From assembly GCF_009914755.1 (NCBI RefSeq), contig NC_060928.1: a stretch of DNA of 64,000 nucleotides; one strand, 5' to 3'. Position 1 is the first letter of the stretch; the number at the start of each line of letters is the position of its first letter. The position numbers and the translations under genes were made by a program. The notes beneath the pieces are model-generated. The model was not told where the DNA came from. It ran no database searches and saw only the letters and a program-made list of their open reading frames with translations. This document shows, piece by piece, positions 27,621 through 41,339 of the stretch. This DNA comes from the human T2T-CHM13v2.0 reference genome, Homo sapiens.

Positions 27621-30331
27621 CTTTTTTTGTTAAGTCTCTGCCAGGTTTTGATATCAGGATGATGCTGGCCTTATAAAATGAGTTAGGGAGGAGTCCCTCT
27701 TTGTAACTCTGGTAGAATTCGGCTGTGAAGCAGTCTGATCCTGTGTTTTTGGTGGTAGGCTATTAATTACTGCCTCAAATTTAGAACTTGTTATCGGTCT
27801 ATTCAGGGATTTGACTTCTTCCTGGTTTAGTCTTGGGAAGGTGTATGTGTCCAGTAATTTATCCATTTCTTCTAGATTTTCTAGTTTATTTGCATAGAGG
27901 TGTTTATAGTATTCTCTGATGACAGTTTGTATTTCTGTGGGATCAATGGTAATATCTCCTTTATCACTTTTGATTGTGTCTATTCGATTCTTCTCTCTTT
28001 TCTTCTTCATTAGTCTAGCTAGCTAGTGGTCCATATATTTTCTTAATCTTTTCAAAAAACCAGCTCTTGGATTCATGGATTTTTTGAAAGGTTTTTCATG
28101 TCTATCTCCTTCAGTTCTGCTCTAATTTTCTAATTTTAGTTATTTCTTGTCTTCTGCTAGCTTTTGAATTTGTTTGCTCTTGCTTCTCTAGTTCTTTTAA
28201 TTATGATGTTAGAGTGTTGATTTTAGATCTTTCCAGCTTTCTGTTGTCATTTAGTGGTATAAATTTCTCTCTTAAGACTGCTTTACCTGTGTCCCAGTGA
28301 TTCTGGTATGTTGTCTCTTTATTTTCATTTATTTCAAAGAACTTCTTTATTTCTGCTTTAATTTTGTTATTTACCCAGTAGTCACCCAGGAGCAGGTTGC
28401 TCAGTTTCCGTGTAGTTGTGCGGTTTTGAGTGAGTTTCTTAATCCTGAGTTCTAATTTGATTGCACTGTGGTCTGAGAGACTGTTTGTTATGATTTCCAT
28501 TCTTTTGCATTTGCTGAAGAGTGTTGTACTTCCCATTACGTGGTCAATTTTAGAATACATGCTGTGTGGTGTGGAGAAGAATGTATATTCTGTTGATTTG
28601 GAGTGGAGAGTTCTGTAGATGTCTATTAGTTCCATTTAGTCCAGAGCTGAGTTCAATTCCTGGATATCCTTGTTAATTTTCTGTCATTGTTCTAATATCG
28701 ACAGTGGGGTGTTAAAGTTTCCCACCATTATTGTGTGGGAGTCTAAGTCTCTTTGTAGGTGTTTAAGAACTTGTTATATGAATCTGGGTGCACCTGTATT
28801 TGGTGCATATATATTTAAGATAGTTAGATCTTCTTGTTGCGTTGATCCCTTTACTGTTATTTAATGCCCTTCTTTGTCTTTTTGGATCTTTGTTAGTTTA
28901 AAGTCTGCTTTATCAGAGACTAGGATTGCAACCTCTGCATTTTTTTTTCTTTCCACTTGCTTTGTAATATTCCTCCATTCCTTTATTTTGAGCCTATGTG
29001 CGTCTTCGCACGTGAGATGGGTCTCCTGAATACAGCATACCAGTGGGCCTTGAATATGTATCTGATTTGCCAATCTGTGTCTTTGAATTGGGGCATTTAA
29101 CCCATTTACATTTAAGGTTAATATTGTTATGTATGAATTTGATTCTGTTATCATGATGCTAGCTGGTTATTTTGTACATTACTTAATACAATTTCTTCAT
29201 AGTGTCATCAGTCTTTATATTTTGATGTGTTTTTGCAGGGTTGATGCAGGTTTTTTCCTTTCCATATTTAGTGCTTCTGTCAGGAGCTCTTGTAAGGCAG
29301 GCCTGGTGGTGACAAAATCCCTCAGCATTTGCTTCTCTGTAAATAATTCTATTTCTCTTTCGCTTATGAAGCTTAGTGTGGCTAAATATGAAATTCTTTT
29401 TTCTGTTTGAAAATTCTTTTCTTTAAGGGTGTTTAATATTGGCCCCCACTCTCTTCTGGCTTGTAGGGGTTCTGCAGAGATCTGCTGTTAGTCTGATGGA
29501 CTTCCCTTTGTAGGTAACCTGACCTTTCTCTCTGGCTGCCCTTAACATTTTTTTCTTCGTTTCAACCTTGGAGAATCTGATGATTATGTGTCTTAGGGTT
29601 GGTCTTCTCATGGAGTATCTTAGTGGTGATCTCTGTATTTCTTGAATGTGAATGTTGGCCTGTCTTGCTAGGTAGGGGAAGTTCTCCTGGATAATATCCT
29701 GAATTGTGTTTTCCAACTTGGTTCCATTCTCCCTGTCACATTCAAGTACACCAATCAATTGTAGCTTTGGTCTTTTCACATAGTCCCATATTTCTTGGAG
29801 GCTTTGTTCATTCCTTTTTATTCTTTGTTCTCTAATCTTGTCTTCATACCTTATTTCAGTAAGTTGATCTTCAATCTCTGATAGCTTTTATTCTGCTTGA
29901 TCGATTCGGCTATTGATACTTGTGTATGTTTCACAAAGTTCTCATGCTGTGTTTTTCAGCTCCATCAGGCCATTTAGGTTCCTTTCTAAACTGGTTATTC
30001 TAGTTAGCAGTTCCTGTAACATTTACCAAGTGCTTAGCTTCCTTGCATTGGGTTACAACATGTTCCTTTAGCTCAGAGGAGTTTGTTATTATCCACCTTC
30101 TGAAGCCTACTGCTGTCAATTCATCAATCTCATCCTGTGTTCAGTTTTGTGCCTTTGCTGGAGAGGAGTTGCAATCATTTGGAGGAGAAGAGGCATTCTG
30201 GTTTTTGAAATTTTCATCATTTTTGCACTGGTTTTTCCTCATCTTCGTGGATTTATCTACCTTTGATCTTTGAGGCTGATAACCTTTGGATGGGGTTTTT
30301 GTGTGGGGGTACTTTATGTTGATGTTGATGT
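27621..30331 (-). mobile_element. L1PA (7/8-like), inverted 5' part: end of 5'UTR, ORF1, ORF2 endonuclease to start of RT
   Basis: ORF1 peptide ENGTKLENTIQDIIQENFP (29423-29779), ORF2 start ITILTLNVNGLNAPI (28861-29154) and YSKIDH (28201-28635). Confidence 0.92.
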
Positions 30332-31805
30332 TTCATATGGAACCAAAAAAAGAGCCCGTATAGCCAAGACAATCCTAAGCAAAAAGAACAAAGCTGGAGG
30401 CGTCATGCTACCTGACTTCAAACTATAGTACAAGGCTACAGTAACCAAACAAGCATGGTACTGGCACCAAAACAGATATACAGACCAATGAAACACAACA
30501 GAGGCCTCAGAAATAACACCACACATCTACAAACATCTGATCTTTGACAAACCTGACAAAAACAAGCAATGAGGAAAGGATTCCCTATTTACTAAATGGT
30601 GTTGGGAAAACTGGCTAGCCATATCCAGAAAGCTGAAACTGGACCCCTTCCTTACACTTTATACAAAAGTTAACTCAAGATGGATTAAAGATTTAAGTCT
30701 AAGACCTAAAACCATGAAAATCCTAGAAGAAAACCTAGGCAATACCATTCAGGACATAGGCATGGGCAAAGACTTTATGACTAAAACACACAAAGCAATG
30801 GCAACAAAAGCCAAAATTAGCAAATGGGATCTAATTAAACTAAAGAGCTTCTGCACAGCAAAAGAAACTATCATCAGAGTGAACAGACTACCTAAAGAAT
30901 GGGAGAAAATTTTTGCAATCCATCTGACAGAGGGTTAATATCCAGAATCTACAAGGAACTTAAACAAATTTATAAGAAAAAAACAACCTCATCAAGAAGT
31001 AGGCAAAGTATATGAACAGACACTTCTCAAAAGAAGACATTTATGTGATCAACAAACATATGGAAAAATCTTATCATCACTGTTCATTAGAGAAATGCAA
31101 ATCAAAACCACAATGAGATACCATCTCATGCCAGTTAGAATGGTGATCATTAGAAAGTCAGGAAACAACAGACGCTGGAGAGAATGTGGAGAAATAGGAA
31201 TGCTTTTACATTGTTGGTGGGAGTGTAAATTAGCTCAACCATTGTGGAAGACAGTATGGCAATTCTTCAAGGATCTAGAGCCAGAGCTACCATTTGACCC
31301 AGCAATCCCATTACTGGGTATATACCCAAAAGATTATAAATCATTCTAATATAAAGTCACATGTACACGTATGTTCATTGCAGCACTATTCACAATAGCA
31401 AAGACTTGGAACCAGCCCAATGCCCATCAATTTTAGACTGGATAAAGAAAATATGGCACATATACACCATGGAATACTATGCAGCTATAAAAAAGGATGA
31501 GTTCATGTCCTTTGTAGGGACATGGATGAAGCTGGAAACCATCATTGTCAGCAAACTAACACAGGAACAGAAAACCAAATTCCGCATGTTCTCACTCATA
31601 AGTGGGAGTTGAACAATGAGAACATATAGGCACAGGGAGGGGAACATCACACACTGTGGCCTGTCAGGGGTGTGGGGCAAGGCGAGGGATAGCATTAGGA
31701 GAAATACCTAATGTAGGTGACGGATTGATGGGTGGAGCGAACCACCGTGGCACATGTATACTTATGTAACAAACCTGCATGTTCTGCACATGTAGCCCAG
31801 AACTT
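30332..31805 (+). mobile_element. L1PA (7/8-like), non-inverted 3' part: ORF2 C-terminus and 3'UTR
   Basis: Peptides [22 protein letters not shown] and HCWWECKL, then the 3'UTR ending gtagcccagaactt. Confidence 0.92.
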
Positions 31806-32376
31806 TTTTTTTTTTTTGAAGATCAATACAAAAAAAAATATATGGATGCCTTTTTTCAAATCCTTATTTCTTGATCTATCTCATGTTCCTGTAGCCATTA
31901 TAACACTCCCCATTTGGCAGCCTAGTGCATGACCTTCTTTCCTTATAAGGGCCATACAGAACAAACAACATGCAGGTATCTGCATGTGGTGTTTCGTAAA
32001 GTTGTTGTCTAACTGGCTATTGTACTGGTAGTTGAGAGTTGTTGCCCATAAATCACATGATGTCTCCTGTATGAGAACTTATCACCTTGAAACTAGCTAC
32101 TGTTCAAAAGAAGATTGTAAGAATGTGTTTTAGAGATATTTATAATGTTAATAGTATTAATAAAATTAAAAATGTAAAATGCACATTTCTTCCTTACTTA
32201 TCATTGTCTCTGATTATAAATCACTGTCTCTGGCAATGTTAATTCCCATTTTCTGCTTGTCAGTGCAATACAATCATGATAAGCAGAAGAAAGTAATTTC
32301 AGGACATTATAATAAAATATAAAATTTCAGGACATTATAATAAAATAAACAGAAGAAAGTAATTTCAGGACATTAC

Positions 32377-32547
32377 CTGAGAAGTAGCAAAGTAAGTTAG
32401 CCATCTTTCTATGTGGACTGCATACCATCCAGGTACTAGGCATCTTCTCTGCAAAGTTTTTAAGTCAGATGGAGCCCAATGTCCTGTTGAAATAACTTCA
32501 TAGAAATTGAACCTCAGAGCAGCTGGATCTTCATGTGATCGTTGGTG
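32377..32547 (-). CDS. NDST4: NDST4 coding exon (approx. exon 11), [11 protein letters not shown]...[23 protein letters not shown]
   Basis: 171 nt, phase 0-0, with acceptor ttcttgttaaag (AAG) and donor CAG/GTAATG. Confidence 0.95.
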
Positions 32548-35508
32548 CTTTAACAAGAAAGTCAATTGTAAAGTTAGATTTTTTTTAATGCCTGTGTAGA
32601 TATGCATATGTGTATGGGTGAGCACATGCATGTGTGTGTTTGGTGTGTATGTATAAATGTGTGTGTCCTTTATGTCACAAAATAATAACAAATCAAATAC
32701 TTAATTTTAGAATGAAAATAAACTAATGAAATGAAATAGAATGACAACCGTATACATTGGAATACCCATTGGCACACTGCTTATTTTAAAGTAAATTAAA
32801 GTACAAGCCTTCACTATATATCAAGTGGTATACACATAAACTTGTAGTTATATTTATGTCTAAAGTGGTTAGGTGCAAGGCAGAGGTAGGATGTGAGGAT
32901 TTTCTTCATGGATATTATTAAGACTGAGATGATGTCAGAGACCAGACAAATCAACCCTAATGAAAAATTTAGATTTTGCAAGAATAATCTTTTTAAGAGT
33001 AGTCTTACATGTTTCTTGGGCCACTGTTCCATTACTGCCACTCCTTCAGATTCTGACATTTCCCCAATATCCCTGTGTATCAGGTGCTATGGGTACAGAG
33101 AAAGCTGCTGTCTATTTCTCATGCTTGTTTAGATGTCATATTCATATTACATCACCCAAGGTCCTTTCTGTTTGAAAGGGTTTCTATCTAAACCTGCTAA
33201 TTCACGAATACTGCTTCACTTCTACTTTTCAGTATCAAATCCTGAGTCACACCAAACTATCATTGGTCAAACAGGAAAGGGCCCAGCTCAGTGAGAGATA
33301 AATTTAACAGTCAATACAATTTAACAAGCATTATTTAAGCTTCTTTCCAGAACAAAGATCTGAGATAGATCCTGGAGATGAAAAGATATAAGACATAACC
33401 ACTCTCTTCAAAGAAATCAGATCTAGTGTGGGAGACAATAGATTGGAATAAAGTTGTATATTTGACATATTTGATTAGAGGTAGAAGTTACTTGCTGTGA
33501 CAGCCAGATCAGTAAGGGATTAATTCTGACTGCAGCATGAAAGGACTTTTCAACGGTTGAAGCTTTCAAGCTAAAATGTAAGGAGAAAGATTGTGATAAT
33601 CAGAAAAACAAAACCACCAAACACATATGAAAACTAAGAGGACTTCGTCATCTAAGGTAAGTTTGAGCTAAGATAGATGAGGTATGCGGGAATAAGTGTT
33701 GTGAAACTTCTAAAAGTGAATTTGAAGAAATTCTAGTGTAGGGTAAATGTGGAAGTATACTGGTCCGTGCTATGACTGTGTAATGGCTGGCCTTATGTGT
33801 GAGTGATGGATCTTATGTGTGAGTTAGAAATAAAAATAACTAGAAAAGTAAAGATGATTAGGAATTGATGAGTGGTTAAAGAATAATTAGTAAGTGGCAT
33901 ACACTTTTGAAGTTCTCTTGTTGTTGTATATTTATTGATATTTTTACATGTGTATACCTTATGCTGAGTATATAGATTATATAACTCATTTAATTAGTAA
34001 AATGTGTAGAAATTATATAATTTCAATGAAGAATAAGAAACACACTACATACATATTTAATACAGTAATGCTAAAATGTCTACCTTAAGCAGTGATAATA
34101 TGAAACTGTGCTTAATCTGTTCTATGTTGACTTTTACCAGTTTAGCACCAACTTTTCTTTATATTCCTGCAACTAAGTAGATTAGCATAAAAATATGACC
34201 ATGAAGTCACAAAAGGACATATTTTATGGAAAAACAGCACTATAGCTCCTCTGCGAGGTCCGTTATAAAAATGTGGGGTAGAAATTACAGCGGCAGGTGA
34301 CATTTGTAGGAGTTTCTGAATTATGCCTGCTGAGCTTTGGATTTATGGTATTTACTGAATAGACAGGACTAGCTAAGTAATAGGCTACATTATTTTGAAA
34401 TGTGGAGCAGTGTGGGGCCCTGCTCACTGCAATACAGCAATAAAAAGTATTATCAGAAAAAATAATTCCTTTCAAACCTGTATGTATGTTCAAAGAATTT
34501 ATTTGAAAAAGCAAGCGCAGAGAGGCACACACATCATAAAGATTCTCTTTTATTGAACTGGTTTAATCTATGTGGAAAAAAAAGATTCACTTAAATCTGC
34601 TCTAGATAGTGACCATGCTTTCTGCTAGGGAAATGTTTAACATTTTCCTCAATTGCTTAAATTTATAACTTTAAGGCTTCATGCTTTAATGCTTTTGGTA
34701 TACTGAAAAAATAAGTTTATCTTGCTTTGCAATGAGTGTTCACAAACTGAGAAAGACATAATTCTTGTACCTTGTGGGAAATACTGACTCGTGTATTAGA
34801 TAAATTCTGATGGTAGTTTATAAATTTTGCTTCCAATCTAAGTGTTTTTTTTGGATCCCAACTACTCGACCTCCAGTTTGCAATGTCACATTTTTCTATA
34901 CATCAGTATTTGTTTTCAGTAATACATTTTTTATTAAATAAATTTTGAAAAATCAAGAAAAAGAAGCAAAAAAATGAAATTACTTGTTATCCTACTCCAC
35001 CCTTCAAAAATTCCCTTTTAGTCTTCTTTACTTTGGTATTAATTTGTATATGCACTAAATTCGTACATACACAAAATGCACTCACATCGTTGGGATTTTG
35101 GTATATATACACTGTTACCATCATAACTTCAAGATTACCAACTTGTATTAGGCCATCATTGCTGTAGGCGAATTTACATTTTTGTTGTCAGCTTTATTGC
35201 GCCACTGTATAATGATTTCACATCCTCTTTTTTTCCTCTTCTCAAACTGCTGTGTCTTCAAACTATCACCCTCTTTTCATCAGATTAACTCATTCCAGGC
35301 TTCTCAAAGGAAGGAGAGACCATCACAGTCACTTCAATTTTTCCATCTCAGGTCTTTGGATTTACCAGTGTCTACATTCATCCCCTCTTCTATCCCTTAA
35401 GCTTCAACCCAGGGATTCTCAAACATAGGCCTGTTGATAGAATACAGTGTGTCTACGAACTCGGATCAGCAAAAGAAAAAAAAGAAAAACGACAAAAATA
35501 CTTTTTGT

Positions 35509-35831
<323 letters not shown>

Positions 35832-35999
35832 CTTTGTTTTCAGTAATTACTGAATGGAATGTATGTAGACAACAGCCACAGTATTTATTGTACTGTGATT
35901 GTGATTTTACCACCAATAAAAATCAGTTATTTTATATCCCATTACCAGTGTCTTAGATATATCAAAATGTTGCTTATGGTCACTATTTCAAAGTTATTA

Positions 36000-36105
36000 T
36001 AGTACTAGACTCATCATTATCATATGATGTAGTACTAGACTCATCAAATCATATATCATATATCATATGATATAGTACTAGACTCATCAAATTATCATAT
36101 GATGA
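36000..36105. repeat. Three copies of 17-bp tagtactagactcatca with atcatat-type spacers
   Basis: Exact copies at 36000, 36030 and 36073. Confidence 0.9.
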
Positions 36106-36599
36106 TTTAATTAAAAAGTTTGTTACTGATTGAAAAAGTATTTCACATTAACATAGCAGTTTCTTTTGTATACATATTTCGTTTTAGGCTTTTAAAATAT
36201 ATTTTTGAAACACTTACAGGAACCACCAGACAGCTAGAAGAATCTCAACACAAGAAAAGTTAAGAACTCAGAATGCAGGCAGGGTTGCCCCTGGTCCCAC
36301 CATCTAAGCCATTTCCTATAGCCATTCTTTCCTGTATCTCCGCGGAGTTGGTTACCTATTTTCTCTTCTGGGCCTTTAACCTCTCTTTTTCTTTGGAAAT
36401 GACTTATCAAATCAACACTACTACAGATCATGTTTTCTCAGTTCTACTTCTACTTCTATGTAATAAACCAGTGTCCTGTTTTACCCCTTCAAAATCACAC
36501 TTTTGGAGTCTTTCGCAAGTGCTGCCTCTATTTCTTCACCCCTAATTACTTCTTTTTTCACCAAAATCCATCTGGCTTTGCTCTTTTTTACTGTCTTGC

Positions 36600-37700
36600 T
36601 AAGGGCTCCACTTCCCTCCACATCTTTCGCTTTGCCTAATGGTTTGATTTTTTAGCAGCTTTTGGAATTGTTGTCACGCCTCCATCTGGCAGCACTCCCT
36701 TCCCTTCGAATCAGTGCCACTGCACTCCTGAATTTTTTTCTTCTATTTTGGCTATATTTTCTTGTCTTTCTTGGCGCCTCATCCCGCTCTGCACTTTTCA
36801 TCTCTAAACTCTTTCCTTAGGTGATTTCACCATTTACATGGCCATGGCTTCATACCTCTGATTCACAAATATCTAGCTCAGACTTCTCCCAGAGTGTCAG
36901 CTGACTTCACTGTTCTTTTGATAATGAAGGGTTTCATTCATCATGATCATAATCCACACTTTTTTTAGTCCCCACCTCCCACCCCACCCCAACCCTCCTG
37001 TATACTGCAGCGATTCTTTTTTCATGGGAATGTGTGGCCATCATCTAGGGCCCACATTGGAAATTTGTTTCATCCTTGACACTATGTTCTCACCAAATTC
37101 TGTTGATTTTAATGTCTAAATATCTCTGAATACTTATTCTTCATTCAGTTTCTACTTACCATTTTTGTCTACACCATTTCCATACCTCACTAAGTCTATT
37201 GCAATAGCTTCAAGTGTGATTTCTCCAAAGAGTCATTTGTCCTATTCCAGTTTCTTCAAATAGCAGATAATGTGATGTATTGTAAAAGAAAATCTGGTAG
37301 TCACACACTGGCTACTGTTTTTCAAAGGCTTTCAGTTGCTCAACAAATGGCAGCAGCCAGATGGTTCTAGCCCTAGTGTGCCTCTCAGCTGCAACTCCTA
37401 TAGGTCTCTACCTAGGATTTTCCCACTAGCCACGCGGAATTTCTTCTAGCTCTTTAAATGTGCCATGATTCTTTATATCCAATGCGTTTAACATATACTG
37501 TATCCTCTACTCCACCTTTCTTCTATTCTCACTCAGGGAATATCTACTTGTCCTTCAGTTTTAGGTCTTAATTTATTTTCTTACACAATGCTTTCAGAGA
37601 ACCTTTACATACTTCCTCACAGTACATTCACAATGTTTAATTACATATCACTATGATTATTTAATATCTACACATTAGACAAACAACTTTTAATTACTAT
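36600..37700 (+). mobile_element. L2 fragment(s)
   Basis: ccttaggtgatttcaccatttacatggccatggcttc...acaaatatctagctcagacttctc, typical of the L2 ORF2 region. Confidence 0.6.
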
Positions 37701-38047
37701 TTTATTAATTAAAACCACAGTTAAATGTTGCTGCAGAATATTCCATTTTAGTATGACACAAATCTATGTCAATGAACACTTTCCTCTTGTTATTATTTTT
37801 GTAGATAGTGCTGCAATGCTCCTAAACATTTGTCCATCCTTTTGAAGTTTCCCTTATGATCAATTACAGAAGGGGAATCACATCACTAAAAGATCTTTAC
37901 ATCCTTTTTTGTAATTATTGCCAAATGAGTTTTCAGAAAATATCTTAAGTGTACCTTCTATTGGAACACTTGAGAACCTTTGTAATCACTTTCTTGCCAG
38001 CAGAGAAAAACATCATAATTGTTGTCAAGATACTAAAAAAAAGAATG

Positions 38048-38343
<296 letters not shown>

Positions 38344-38822
38344 TTATTTTCACATAAGTTGTTGGACTGTTGTTTTTGTGTGTGCGATTGTTTAGCTGTG
38401 CCTTTTCTTCACTTTGCTCATTTTTCTACTGCGATATTTTACTTATTTATTAACTTGGACGAAACTTTTATAAAATAAAGCTCTATGCCATTCACCATGT
38501 ATTGTCACTCTAGAAACTGACTTTTAAATTTGTTAATTTTTGATAAATCAACATTCTACATGTTTATATAGCTTAGGAAATCTATTAATTCTTTGGTGAT
38601 GTGTGAGTTTTTAAATAATTATTTTATGCCTGAAAGTCCTTGCCCAACTTGGTACGAGTTAAATATACAGCTCATATTTCTCATATTTTTTGGTGGGGGT
38701 TGTGGGTTTAGATATTCTTACATTTGACTTTTCATATGTTTAGGTTCTATTCTGGTTATTTTTCATTGCCTCCATTTAAGCTATAACAAAATGCTTTTAG
38801 CCGATTTTTTTACTGACCATAC

Positions 38823-38997
38823 CTGGTACCAAGAGTATGCCCTGTCTGAGGGGTCAATGAGGATGGTGATGATCTTGGCTTTGGGGACAAGAGATGCGGC
38901 TCGTCTTGGAGCTTCTTCCGAATGGAAGTAATTAGCACTCTTTTCAAACAGAAAGTCACTTGTAGTATTGGATGGTGTAGGGAAAAAGTCCATATAC
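38823..38997 (-). CDS. NDST4: NDST4 coding exon (approx. exon 10), YMDFFPTPS...FEKSANYF...[11 protein letters not shown]
   Basis: 175 nt with acceptor tgccttcag and donor CAG/GTATGG. Contains FEKSA and the 3'-phosphate-binding DRAYSWY motif. Confidence 0.96.
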
Positions 38998-40094
38998 CTG
39001 AAGGCAGAGAAAGACAATTAATTAATCTGAAAATAATTTTTCTTGCCATATTCTGAATGTGAAATAATTGGAACATTTTAATATTCATTTATAGCTATTT
39101 CTGATTATTATGCTGTTATAGTTTAAATAATAGATATTCTATACACATTGAATGTGAAGTCAACCCAAAATATTCCTCTTCTAATGACCCATTTTGGGCA
39201 TGGGAAGGAGTGAGGTGAAATAGGTAGGCCAATAAGGGTCAAAGGAAAAGTACTATACATTTGGGCTGATGTTCTGTGCTATAAAACTCCAATTCCAGAA
39301 ATACTATTTGCCTGTGGCAAATAGCAAATTACACTATATTGTTTAGTTGATATTAAAAAATAGTAAATTTATGTTTGCAAATTTGAATGCAGAAATTATT
39401 CGGTGAGATTAAAGTTCACAAGACAGAAAAATGTGTGAGTCTGAATAGCTATAAAACACCAACAATTTTAGGGCATGGCGGTTCTCTTCCTTCTTAATTT
39501 CTTCGTAATTTGTAGTATACGTAGCGATGTGAACACTTTATAGTCTATCTAGAGTAATTAAGGGGATATTTCCTGCCAGTTGATCCTGTGGTGCCTCAGT
39601 AGGTTCCCTCCTCCATATGCTGTCAAAACGTTCCTCTGCGTGTGGATTATGGAATCAATATGTTCTGAGGTTAATTCAGTGCAAGTCTTTAATTATGTGT
39701 GTAACCCTCCTTACAGCTCATCACTTCTCTCACCCTCAAATGTTCTAGAAATAAATAATAAGAGCAATTAAGAATTCATATAAGACACTTATTTCCCTCT
39801 TTGACATTTGTTATTATGTTTCCCAAAAGCGGAGTGGTGAAGAGTCTCATCTATATTCCTGCTAAACAATTTGTGTTCCATTTGGGCTCACAGATCAGAG
39901 AAAATTGCCGTTCTGCTTTTAATAACCTGCATGCAATTCCAAAGGTTATTTAGCCTTTTAAAAGTAAGGTAGGATATAATGTCCCAGATGCAGAGTCGAC
40001 ACATCTCCAACAACAATGGGAACCTTGATCTGCTCGCCGGTGTTGCACCTGCCCAACCCTGATCCTAGCTGTACCTTAAAAAAATGTGTCTTTC

Positions 40095-40540
<446 letters not shown>

Positions 40541-41215
40541 TTAAATTCAGGACCATGTTTTCTTGAAAAATTGGAATAGAGCTAGAAAAAATCACCAGAG
40601 TGAAAATCATTTCCAGTATCAGGTTTATTCTATTTTAGTTTAGGGGAAATACTGTGATTTTATTTTTTTCATAATTTATCATGTGTTACTTAATATTTAT
40701 TTTATGTACGTGTGTGACTAGAATTGATATGGTTTTGAAAATGTCCTGTTATTATTTGCATGACAAATATCAGCCTACATTATAACAAAACTTACAGTTT
40801 ATGTGGTTAATGAAGATACATGTCACGAATTATAAAATAAACTACTGATTTATTTGTTGCCTGAAACATTGTTGCGAAGACAAATTATGTGTTGAGAAAA
40901 AAATTAGGCACAGTTAAATAATGCTACGCTTAAAGAGAATTTTAAATACCCTTATGAATAATTCTGATGAAATATATCCCATAATGTTTTTTATTCAATC
41001 ATATTAATTTAGCAGAAAAATATTATCATTATTGCACTGTCCAAATCACATTATAGGCAACACTGATTAAACATATCATCATTATAAATTAATTTCTAAT
41101 TCACTGTGGTGAATTTATCCTGTAATTATGCAGATGCCACACATACATCTGTAATTGCTCTGCAGTGATTGAGCATGTGTTAATAATGGAATTTATTTTT
41201 TGTTATTTTTCTTAC

Positions 41216-41339
41216 CAGTCTATTCCTTTGTGATAGTTGTTGCCATTAAAGAACTGAACTTCCTCAAATGTCTTTGGACTAGGGAGATTGCTGATGATTG
41301 AAGGATGCATAAGAAGAAATAAATAAAGTGCAGTTGTTC
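41216..41339 (-). CDS. NDST4: NDST4 coding exon (approx. exon 9), (G)[40 protein letters not shown](W)
   Basis: 124 nt with acceptor ttttgtaacag and donor TG/GTAAG. Phase 1 to 2 fits both neighbours. Confidence 0.96.

Noticed and set aside
27654-31612. Active L1 ORF1/ORF2
   Set aside because: Multiple stops and frameshifts, an inversion, a missing RT core and almost no 5'UTR promoter.
33792-33824. 13-bp direct repeat cttatgtgtgagt (similar 14-bp duplication near 54450)
   Set aside because: Ordinary micro-duplications with no functional context.
36000-36105. CRISPR-like repeat-spacer look
   Set aside because: Mammalian intron; repeats are only 17 bp, spacers are related low-complexity sequence, and there are no cas genes.
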